64,000 nt of DNA from Paramoeba atlantica (taxonomy: Eukaryota; Protista; Discosea): NCBI GenBank assembly GCA_977017575.1, contig CDRNVI010000003.1, positions 124,001 to 188,000 of the forward strand, written 5' to 3'. Below the pieces are notes generated by a model, which was not told the DNA's origin, did no database searches, and was given only the letters and a program-made list of their open reading frames with translations. Positions 52,320 to 61,433 of this stretch are shown one piece after another (the stretch's first letter is position 1; the number at the start of each line of letters is the position of its first letter). The position numbers and the translations under genes were made by a program.

Positions 52320-53948
52320 CTAGGGAACATGAGAATGCCACTCTAGATATTGATTAACCAAGTCTCGATCCACGCTAGGAAGATGGGTTTTGACTGAATG
52401 GAATATATCGGACACCGTTACAAGACGAGATTTTAAATCTGTTGAAGAGTCACTAATTCGATTTCTAAAATGTGACTTAGTGCTATTTCTGGAAGCTACC
52501 TCGTTCTCGTTTGAAGGAAGGTCATTATCTTGTAAAGTGTTTAAGAGAATAGCTCTACTCCACTCTCGTATCGGTGACATTGATGCATGCTGCCAAACGG
52601 TACGTAGATCGGAGAAACTGTATCCCTCAAGTAAGTCTGACGCTTCTATGAGACATTTCTCTGTGAAATGAGGCGCCCTTCGACGAAGAAACTCTATCCG
52701 GGCGTGTGCATCCGGTAGGGGTACATGAACCACCAACTCGAATCGCCTACGAAAGGCAGCATCAAGCTCCCATGGTAAATTTGTTGCCCCAAGAAATATC
52801 CCGATGCTACCTTCATTTAAAAAACTTTGCAATCGGACAAGAAACTCGGTCTTCACGCGTCGGAAACTTTCAGAATCTGAAGCTGTGGACCCTCCTCGGG
52901 TGGAGAATATTGCATCAATTTCATCCAAAAACATCATGGGACGCGGAATTCGCCGAAGTGCCAGAAACGCGGCGCGCACACCTTTTTCAGATTCCCCCAA
53001 CCATTTACTCAGAAAGTCAGACGCGGTGAGGGAAAGAAGAGTCATGTTTGCTTCTTTAGCTAGAGCGAGCGCAAGCATAGTTTTTCCAGTTCCGGGAGGA
53101 CCGTACAACAGAATAGAACGGGCAGGACGATAGTCACTTAGAGAGGACGGAACCGAAGTCTTGCATTTGACATTAGATTTCGTGACATTTTTTCCCGATA
53201 ATTTGCTCAAGGACGAGTAATTGCTGCTATTAATTCTAACTCCAGACCCGGAAGTGCATGTGTTCGAGTTGAATTCTTCAGTTCTATCACTTGGAACCAC
53301 GCATGCACCAAAGCTAACAAGTTCAGAGAAATGCAAAGGAAGAAGAACAGATTCAGCAAGCTCATTTTTTGCCTGCATATGACCAGCAATATCACACCAC
53401 GAGGTTTCTATTTTATTCGGCGATATTGCACCGTTTAAAATCTCCCGAACACACTTTTCAAGGTCACCTATACAGTGAGATTCGTCTCGCTTTTCAGCAT
53501 CAACCACAATGTCTTGACACAGAATCCTATCTCCTCGACCAGATTCCTTGATACTCGTAAATCCCACATTTGAATTATCGTGATGTTTTAAATGACGATC
53601 TACGATGCTGTTTATCTGACGAGAAATATCAAGGTACATTACGACAAACACAGGTGACTTTTCAAGCGTAGAAATTAGGCTTAGAGATTCTAGCGCTTTG
53701 TGGAGATGTTTAAACGCCAGATGTGAAGCGTATCCATCTTCTTGGTTGGAAGACTCTGCTGAATATATGGGTACACTTTTAGGTAAAACTGGCGATTCAT
53801 TGTTGAAGGCACTCTCATGCATTTTAACGAAAGGTTCCGCATCTAAGCTTTCCTTGGCGCTTAATAAAGCGATTGATGCACGCAAGAAGCTGAGTGCCTC
53901 ACGGCGGCGCTTTAGTAGCAGTTCTTCCATATGCAATGATAAAGGCAA
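52320..53948 (-). CDS. Meiotic-clade AAA+ ATPase (katanin p60/spastin/Vps4 group)
   Basis: GPPGTGKT, FLDEIDA, ATNLPWELDAAFRRRF, C-terminal PSV....YLEW helix; helical N-terminus. Confidence 0.88.
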   Translation of the reverse strand: MPLSLHMEELLLKRRREALSFLRASIALLSAKESLDAEPFVKMHESAFNNESPVLPKSVPIYSAESSNQEDGYASHLAFKHLHKALESLSLISTLEKSPVFVVMYLDISRQINSIVDRHLKHHDNSNVGFTSIKESGRGDRILCQDIVVDAEKRDESHCIGDLEKCVREILNGAISPNKIETSWCDIAGHMQAKNELAESVLLPLHFSELVSFGACVVPSDRTEEFNSNTCTSGSGVRINSSNYSSLSKLSGKNVTKSNVKCKTSVPSSLSDYRPARSILLYGPPGTGKTMLALALAKEANMTLLSLTASDFLSKWLGESEKGVRAAFLALRRIPRPMMFLDEIDAIFSTRGGSTASDSESFRRVKTEFLVRLQSFLNEGSIGIFLGATNLPWELDAAFRRRFELVVHVPLPDAHARIEFLRRRAPHFTEKCLIEASDLLEGYSFSDLRTVWQHASMSPIREWSRAILLNTLQDNDLPSNENEVASRNSTKSHFRNRISDSSTDLKSRLVTVSDIFHSVKTHLPSVDRDLVNQYLEWHSHVP

Positions 53949-54045
53949 TTCTTTGAATGCCTCATGTAAGCTTCTTTCATCTTAACTTCAGTTGGTAAAT
54001 TGCGAATGTAAGTCAACGACTTTAAGAATGCACCAAAATAATGTA

Positions 54046-54108
54046 ATGTGCCCCCCACTTATAGTGCCGCGGTTTTCGACCAAACGGCACTATAAGTGAG
54101 GGGGGGGG
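54046..54108. repeat. Hairpin module identical to 22527-22574
   Basis: CCCCCCACTTATAGTGCCG-CGGTTTTCGACCAAA-CGGCACTATAAGTG; 48 nt identical. Confidence 0.9.
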
Positions 54109-54113
54109 TAGTG

Positions 54114-54540
54114 TTGCGGTGGTTGCATAACTACCGCTCTACCCTCGATTATTGAAAAAAAAGTGAACCAAAACAGTGAAAATATAAAGAGGAACACAGT
54201 AATATAATAGAAGAAAAAAATATAAAAGAGGGATCCGGTGGTCCAAAACTGAAAAATAGAAAAAAAATGGAGGGTCTAGGGGGGGTCCAAGGGAGGGGCA
54301 TACGTCGCGATCTTTTTTTTTCTTCAAATTTTTTGTTTTTCAAAATCGAGCGCAGGGAAGTGTTAGAGTATACCGCGGCGATGATCCGCCCCCCCACCTG
54401 GGGGTGACCCCCCTGGTACGCGCAGGAGGGGTCCGACGAGGTCAAAATTTCCGAAAGATTTGGGATGACCAAAAAAAATTAAAATATTATATTTCCAAAA
54501 TCGATTCCTAGAACGTATTTTAAGAGTTTGGGACCTCAGC
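54114..54540 (+). repeat. Dispersed repeat family A, copy 2
   Basis: Homologous to 18490-18965. Confidence 0.8.
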
Positions 54541-54695
54541 TACCATTCTACGACGTTTTTTTCGACAGATTCGCCTCCTACCTCTAGTGGTATGGCATCA
54601 AAAATGGCCCCATTTCGGGGTAAAATTTCGCAATCTTTCAGATCGAGGGTGAAAAGTTTTCCACCCTCAATTAAATACACTATACAGTACAATTA

Positions 54696-55106
54696 CACTG
54701 CTCCGCCTGTCAAAAATAAAGGAAAATTTAAATTCAGAAAAGGAAAATTCATTTTTTTATTTTCATTTTCCTTTATTTTTGATCAGGGTGGAGAAAATAT
54801 GAAGTATGGCGATGAAGTTGTGGAGCGGAGTCATAAAAACGTCATGTACTGGGAAAGTTCAAGATGATTTCGGTGTAAAGGGGAGACAATCTGACAATGT
54901 ATTACGTAGGAGTGAGCAGATAAAATAAGATAAAAATAAGATAAAAATTGGTCATCCAGTGCCATCAAAATCTTCATACTGTCCATTGCTTGGCGTCCAC
55001 TTGCACGCTCGATTCGCGCCTTTTTCGGAGGCGCCATAAAGGACAAAAAGAGGAAAAAGGAAAATATCAATCAAAATCCATTTTCCTTTATTTTTGGCCA
55101 GGGGAG
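54696..55106. mobile_element. Degenerate TIR element (Tc1-like CTGGCCAAAAA end)
   Basis: CTCCGCCTGTCAAAAATAAAGG vs reverse complement of 55085-55106 (CTCCCCTGGCCAAAAATAAAGG) match 18/22. Confidence 0.5.
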
Positions 55107-55780
55107 TACACAGTAAATACAATTTTACTTTAGAAAGAACTTTATCAGAGAGGTACCATGCATTACCTCATTACGAAATTTCTTCATTACGTTTTTTAGT
55201 CGAGTTTCTTCATTAAAATTTTCTTCATTACGCTTTAGTCGAGAAAAACAAGAAATGTACTACACATAAAATATGAGTTTTGTATTCATATTCCCAACTA
55301 AATATACACAATTCAAATTACTAGCGCAAAGATTACAAAATTGGTCAACCGTAATTAGATATTACCGGTGAAACGGTTATTAAGGATAAAAGTAATTAAG
55401 GCAGAACGGATTTAAAAATTAATTATTGCCTTAAATAAAGTTGCCTTAATTAAAGTGGAGCTGATAAAAACCCAAAACAGTTCTTATTTAAATATTGTCT
55501 TTTGTAGCATAAATATCACTTTTCTGCTCAAAGTGCTTAGTTTCCGATCATTTTTCATGTTTTTCGAACTTTTCTAGACGAGATTCGCCTGTTTCTCCTA
55601 CCTTTACGGTCTCCAACCAGTTCAACGTATGAGAGAAAAGCTAAAACGATCACTGAAAGGAGAAGAGACGGAATCATGAAATTAAATACATGTATTCCCA
55701 TTTTTTCCCCCAAAATGACTAAAAATTAATTATTGCCTTAATTAAAGCTGCCATAATTAAAGTTGCCTTAATTTTAATTA

Positions 55781-55897
55781 CAGTGCGCCCAGTTAGTAAA
55801 GTCCCAAAAAACGGTTTTCCCAAATAGTAATTCTTTTTTTGTAGTTACCCAAAATCGGTGGTAACTACTAAAAAAACTTTACTATCTGGGCGCACTG
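55781..55897. mobile_element. 117-bp Tc1/mariner micro-MITE (TA TSD), nested in a degenerate CCG-ended element at about 55365-55921
   Basis: TA|CAGTGCGCCCAGTTAGTAAAG ... CTTTACTATCTGGGCGCACTG|TA (20/21). Confidence 0.85.
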
Positions 55898-56183
55898 TAC
55901 CCTTAATTGAAGTTTCTACGGTAACCGTAAATAGAAAAAAATAGGTTATTTTTTGGGAATTCCCCACCTCAAAGTCTTCTCTTACACAGTGTTTCTCTGT
56001 ACACGGTGAATCACTGTCAACTGCGTGACGACCACTGTATAATTATTGTAAAAGTTTTATAAAACAAATACAAAAAAGGAAGAAGGAAGAATTCCTTCTA
56101 TTATGGGTATTTTCTTTTGCCATCTTTTAGAAAAATCATTCATCAGATAACAAACTCGTACCCATTTCTTGGATAACAAGTTT

Positions 56184-57029
56184 TTATAATGCGCATCGGG
56201 ATTGACATCTCTTGCATTGTAAGATAGGCCCTTGAGAGTTATACAAGTAGCGGGGAACAGTACCGTTATAAACGAACTGTTCAAAATGATTATTACGAAG
56301 AAGGATGCGATGAATCCCACATGCGGTATTGCCAATGGTCACATTTCCACTAAAATGATTAGACTCCAAATTCAACCTAACTAAGTTTGGTGGCAAATGA
56401 CTGAGGTCGATATTTCCGGAAAGTTCATTATTAGATAAGCACAGCTGAAAGCGTGAGATCGGCAGATTTGTCAAGTCCACATTCCCAGAGATGGCATTGG
56501 AGTCCAGATTCAGAAGTTCTAGAACAGGAGAAAGGCGCGTAAGCACAAGGTTTCCCGGATGTCCTGCTCCGAGATGGTTCTTTCCGGCTGCCAATTCTTT
56601 TAGAGATTTCGGTAGAAAACAGAAATCAAGTGACTGCGTAGTAAAATGATGGTTCTGAACATAAAATTTTTCTGTTGCACTAGGAATTGCAGAAAAATCA
56701 ATATCGCCTACTAAAAAATCCAAAGAGGTCCACGGATTGCAAATGCAGAGTTCAGTAATGGTAGAGGGGAGATATGACCAACTTAGGTTTCCACGAAGAC
56801 CCGATTGTTGCCAGTCCAGGGCAATAATCTGTTCATGCTCACTATTACACTTTACTCCAGCCCAAGAACATGTTGAAACCGATTCCTTCCATGTTCGTGG
56901 ACGGTTTTTTACGTATTGAACGAATCGGTGGAGCTCCATATCTTGCGACAGCACTGTGTGAGATACTTTACCCAATCGGCGTCGTTTGATAGGTGGCACT
57001 TCATCAGCGCAAATGGCTAGGGATAGCAT
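56184..57029 (-). CDS. Leucine-rich repeat protein (member 10)
   Basis: Leader MLSLAICADEVPPIKRRRLGKV, cap TCSWAGVKC. Confidence 0.9.
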   Translation of the reverse strand: MLSLAICADEVPPIKRRRLGKVSHTVLSQDMELHRFVQYVKNRPRTWKESVSTCSWAGVKCNSEHEQIIALDWQQSGLRGNLSWSYLPSTITELCICNPWTSLDFLVGDIDFSAIPSATEKFYVQNHHFTTQSLDFCFLPKSLKELAAGKNHLGAGHPGNLVLTRLSPVLELLNLDSNAISGNVDLTNLPISRFQLCLSNNELSGNIDLSHLPPNLVRLNLESNHFSGNVTIGNTACGIHRILLRNNHFEQFVYNGTVPRYLYNSQGPILQCKRCQSRCAL

Positions 57030-58227
57030 TGAAGGACACTAAAAGCAATGAAGAGCATAATAAATAGACAAAAAATACTTCTACAAATCTCTTCTACATT
57101 GCGATCGCAAGCAAGCGATAATTCTCAGCTCTCTGAGGTTTCCCCCAAAAAAAGTTAAAAAATAATTTTTTCAAAGCAGATTGACAAACCGTATTCTGAG
57201 AGCTTGGAAGCCCAGATACGATTCTATGATGTTTTTACGATGAGATACCTCCAAATACAAATCATTCCTGATTGCTCCGAATGGTCCCTGGCAAGCCAGA
57301 CCCTTCACAGACAGATTTGGAAGTTTTTTCAAGGGGAGGATGTTAAAAAACGCATGGGACATCATAACGTTCCCCCTCGGAATGTTATCTAGCTACAGGA
57401 ATGTTAAACCGGACTGTGGTTTAGAAGATCTGTTGGCGTATGCCCCCTACCCCCGTGTCCATCCTTTCCACGAGAAGGAAGTTTTTCGGGTCAAGTGACG
57501 TGGAAATATACCCAAAAAATATTTTTTTTCTAAAACTGCCCATTTCAATATTGTACACCCCCGTTCACCCTGTTTTGCCCGGTATTGTGCACCTCAAAAA
57601 TGCTTGAAACTGTATAAAAAGCGGTTATTCGGCGATTTTAGGAGAGTTCTACCCAGGAAAAATGTTTTTTGCCACGACAACCCCATTGTACTCGTTTGCG
57701 AGGGGGCGTAGCTTTCAATTTTCCCGTAAAGTGACATTTTTTTTGGGTATAATCAATTTTTCACTTTGTTGATAGTGGTTACACAGAGGAAAGGGTGGTT
57801 TACACTGCAAGAATGTAATTTACAACTAGCATGGTTATCCCACACAGCTTTTTTATGAATGTTGTTAGGACCAGGAAGAGGTTCCGAACTTACTTCCCCA
57901 TTACGGGGTTGTGTCCAACATTTAAAGAAGGTACTTTTTTACAGAAACGGTATCTTCTCAAAAACTCCAGTGTTTTGCAAGGCTTTAAAATTCGATATTC
58001 CCTCTTTGCTCAAGGTGCGGCTGCCTTTTGCTCCTTTCTGAACAATCAAAGTGGAGGTATCGCGCGGTCGAGGTACAAATCAAAGTCGAGGTATCACGCA
58101 TCCTTTATCGAAAAATAATACATTTCAAAGTCTTTAAGAACAAATGTATATTTACATGTATGTATGTAGCTCAATGTCGGTCTGGTAGCTGCTTCGTTAA
58201 AAAGAGGTGGTCGTTGGTAAACGGGGT

Positions 58228-58430
58228 TTCGCAAATTGCTTCCCACTAACGACGTCGCGTATAACTCAGGCCCGCTCAAGCGGGTCCCCGCCATATCCAC
58301 CCCCTCCGGCTTCGCAAATTGCTTCCCACTAACGACGTCGAATATGGCTCAGGCCCGATCATGCGAGACCCCCTTCGGCTTCGCAAATTGCATTCCACTA
58401 ACGACGACGCGTATGGATTAGACCCGCTCG
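58228..58430 (+). repeat. Three degenerate tandem units starting TTCGCAAATTGC(T/A)T(C/T)CCACTAACGACG
   Basis: Units at 58228, 58311 and 58380 (periods 83 and 69); inter-core segments are related to one another. Confidence 0.85.
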
Positions 58431-58956
58431 CGCGTGAAGAAATGACCATACTGCGGAAATTTTAATTGGCACTTACTTCCATCTGCCAATCGTCTGTAGC
58501 AAACTCTGCCGAGAGGTCTGAATTTACAACGTGGACAAACTGATCTGTTCCCGAAGTCATGGCCTTGAAGCCAAAGAATCATATTTCATATAGAGCCGGC
58601 ATTCAGAAATCGTTTTCCGGCCTCCACCTCCTTGTAAGTAGTACAAGGTCTTATTGCCAATAAGGCTGGACAAATTTAGCTCGATTTTCTGTATTACCCG
58701 AGCGCCCAGGCCTTGAAAAATTTCAACAAAATAGTACGATTCCAGTGCAGATCATTGACAAAAAAATAAAGGTAGATAAAGGTAGGGAAAAATAAATATA
58801 GTTACTTTAAAGTACCTATAATAAAGTTTTATAGTTATTCGGACCCCTGTTCCCTCGGTAGCATCAAGCACTGACTTCACCAAAAGAAGACATGCAAATG
58901 TGATACAACCGGAGCAATCCTTATCAGGCACCATTCCGATAAAAAAGAGAATAAAT

Positions 58957-59280
58957 TACCCCCTCTCTAATAACTAATTATAAATATAAATTATAAACTT
59001 TTTGGATTTATATTTATATTTATAATTATAAATAGTTTTTAGGTGCTGTAAACCCAATTCCGAGAAAAATGGACCCCTTTTAGACCAAAAAAGCTGTTCA
59101 ACGTATTCGGATTTTCGTATTTTTCACTGCCTTGCCGCTCCGAGCCGCTCAGATGACGCTTCACCCCTCTTGCTTTGCCTTAAATTTCGAGCAAACTCAT
59201 TTTTGTTTATAAATAAGAAGTATTTATAAATCTTGAGAACAGGGTAATTTATAATTAGTTATTAGAAGGGGGGTATACGG
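58957..59280. mobile_element. MITE with a CCGTATACCCCC-type end (left end eroded)
   Basis: TCTAATAACTAATTATAAAT is inverted at 58966 and 59248; right end GGGGTATACGG|TA is the same as in the 25707-26001 element. Confidence 0.7.
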
Positions 59281-59939
59281 TAGCAGTCTATTTCGATAAA
59301 ATATACCCCAAACTGCGTATTTGGGTCATGGACAACCATTGTAATACATTGTCATATACAGTATATTTTCGAGACCCATAAAATGTGTAAAACGCCTAAA
59401 AGTAGCGTTTTCTTGCTCATTTCGCACCGACAAAAAGAAGAGAAAAATATTTCTTTTGGGGTAAGATTCTTACCAAACAGTTATGACTTTGATTAAAAGT
59501 ATACGAGCGTGGGAAAAAGTACGGGGAATGGTAAGAAGTTGGATAAAAGGTACGAACGCCCTTACGTAGGTCCCGGAGGCACAATAACATCGTATTTTGC
59601 ACACGAGAAAGCAGAAACTCTGTATTAGTAGGGAAAAAAGCCCCCTGTAGCACTTAGAACACAGTTAGATAGGATAACGTAAGACTTTTTAGAAGTCATT
59701 CTGTAGACTAAAATATGTGGTAATAGGAGGTAATTACCACCTATTACCGTCCAGGGTATGCAATTTTTCTCTTCCAGCAAAAAGAGAGAAAGTTCGCAAA
59801 AAATTTGCAGGGTGGGGGAACTTTTTGTTTATCATGCGCTCTTTGGCGCAGAGATAATCCCCTTAATGCGACGGCCGATATCATCGGCGCATAATCCGCC
59901 CACAACGGATGTCGCCAAAGGGGGTTCGACACGGACTCG

Positions 59940-60082
59940 GTCGGTAGAGGGGGTCCAGGCAACTCGCCCTCTCTTTACGCAGCCGGAGGGGCGTACTGCA
60001 ACCGACTCGGTCCCAGTCGGTAGAGGTGGTCCAGGCAACTCACCACCTCTTTACGCATCCGGAGGGGCGCACTGCAACCGAC
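59940..60082. repeat. Tandem pair (period 76) of a ~67-nt structured motif; partial inverted copy at 48938-48985
   Basis: GTCGGT...ACCGAC-closed units with two internal stems; substitutions between copies are pairing-compatible. Confidence 0.75.
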
Positions 60083-60295
60083 CGCCGCCTCACGATAATG
60101 CGAGGCAGAGTCACGGCCAGTGGTCCTCAAGGGAGGCCACCATGGCGCATAGCTCCCGGGAAGAGACAGGCGCGAGAAGAAGAAAGCGGGGGAGGGAAGA
60201 AAACTCACTCAAGGAGTGAGCCGGGGAGGGGTGAAAAGTCGGAAGTACGTCCCCTACTTCCACGACAAAGAGGGACAGTCCCTGCTACCTGTCAG

Positions 60296-60401
60296 TCGGA
60301 AACGGGTATTTAAAAGGTATGCCCGTTTCCGGGAAAAGAAAGGAAGGGCTAGCAAAATGTACCAACAAGGTACAGAAACTGTATCTTATATCAGGAGTAC
60401 A
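60296..60401 (-). ncRNA. Spliced-leader (SL) RNA gene-like sequence (solitary copy or pseudogene)
   Basis: Minus strand ATATAAGATACAGTTTCTGTACCTTGTTG|GTAC (60391-60359) matches positions 11-39 of the 39-nt kinetoplastid SL exon plus the GT donor; TGTAC/GTACA stem spans the junction; 10-bp hairpin CGGAAACGGG/CCCGTTTCCG downstream. Confidence 0.6.
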
Positions 60402-60447
60402 TCAATTGTATGAACGACCGGTTCCCTTCGCCGTTCCCAAAAAAATT

Positions 60448-61185
60448 TCAGTCAATATGGAGATGTACATTCCTCTCCAATTTAAGCCTAAGAGAACGAT
60501 TCAAATACGAAACATCTACATGACCTTCCAACGTATTCTTGCTGAGGTTCAGTCGGAGTAGTGCAGAGGGCAAAAAAGAAAGATTCGGCTGACCTGTAAA
60601 CCTGTTATTACTAAGGTCTAAAGTATGAAGTCTCGAAGGTAAAGCAGAAAAATCCAAAGTACCCGAAAATCTGTTCCGCCTTAGCGACAGGGAAGTCAGA
60701 GTGCAAGGAAGTCTCGTCAAGTCCACACTTCCTTCAAAAGCATTACAATTTAGATAAAAATCTTTTAGGTTGCAAGGAAGGCGCGTAACATCTAAAGTGC
60801 CGTAAAATTTATTTTTTTTCAGTCTGCCGTACCTAAACTGATGAGGAAAATTATGGAATTCCACCTCTCCTGATAACCGACAGTCAGAAACGTCCAAATG
60901 TATAAAATTTTGTGGCAAAAAGGTTAGATACTTCCACTGCAAACATCCACCCATAGATATGCCACTCCATTGAATTGATGTGATTTCACCTCTTTTGCTG
61001 CACGTAAGTCCTTCCCATTTACAAGCTGAAATGTTCGTTATCCAAGTTTTATGTCTATCATTAACCTTTTCGATCAATCTTTCCAAGTTGTACTCATCCG
61101 GTAAGTTTATTCTCCTTACTTTGGCTGGACGTGAATAGCTGGTAAAATTGGTTGAGTTCATAGTTTTAATTGTTAAATAAACCAA
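60448..61185 (-). CDS. Leucine-rich repeat protein (member 11)
   Basis: RPAKVRRINLPDEY, cap ACKWEGLTC, LRRs. Confidence 0.9.
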   Translation of the reverse strand: MVYLTIKTMNSTNFTSYSRPAKVRRINLPDEYNLERLIEKVNDRHKTWITNISACKWEGLTCSKRGEITSIQWSGISMGGCLQWKYLTFLPQNFIHLDVSDCRLSGEVEFHNFPHQFRYGRLKKNKFYGTLDVTRLPCNLKDFYLNCNAFEGSVDLTRLPCTLTSLSLRRNRFSGTLDFSALPSRLHTLDLSNNRFTGQPNLSFLPSALLRLNLSKNTLEGHVDVSYLNRSLRLKLERNVHLHID

Positions 61186-61433
61186 ACCTTATCTTGAATG
61201 TGTTGTCAAAGTCTAAGAAGGGATATTTCTTATGAATTTAATTTTTCCACCCGAAGATTTTGTCCCTGCTTGTAAGAAACATAAGGTGGACGTGTGCTTG
61301 AAACAGAATTTTCAATCCACCTGCTAAACTTCTCGTCATACATAAGAATGTGTGCATTGTACATACATGCATTGTATGTGAGAATTAGCAGTCTTGCGCA
61401 AGAAAAGGGGTATCTATGCTAAACATCCTCTCC

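Noticed and set aside
57606-57629. SL-like AATAACCGCTTTTTATACAGTTTC on the minus strand
   Set aside because: Lacks the TGTAC..TTG core; likely chance.
58228-58430. CRISPR array
   Set aside because: Only three units, linkers are homologous to each other and of unequal length, no cas genes, eukaryotic context.
59841-59930. Canonical tRNA gene
   Set aside because: No proper D-arm or T-arm geometry; the TTCGA motif lies outside the closing stem and its flanks do not pair.
59740-60300. 5S rRNA linked to the SL gene (as in some bodonids)
   Set aside because: No resemblance to 5S rRNA conserved blocks.
60392-60447. CRE/SLACS retrotransposon 3' end abutting SL position 11
   Set aside because: No poly(A) tail, RT ORF or duplicated SL segment visible; only the breakpoint position is suggestive.
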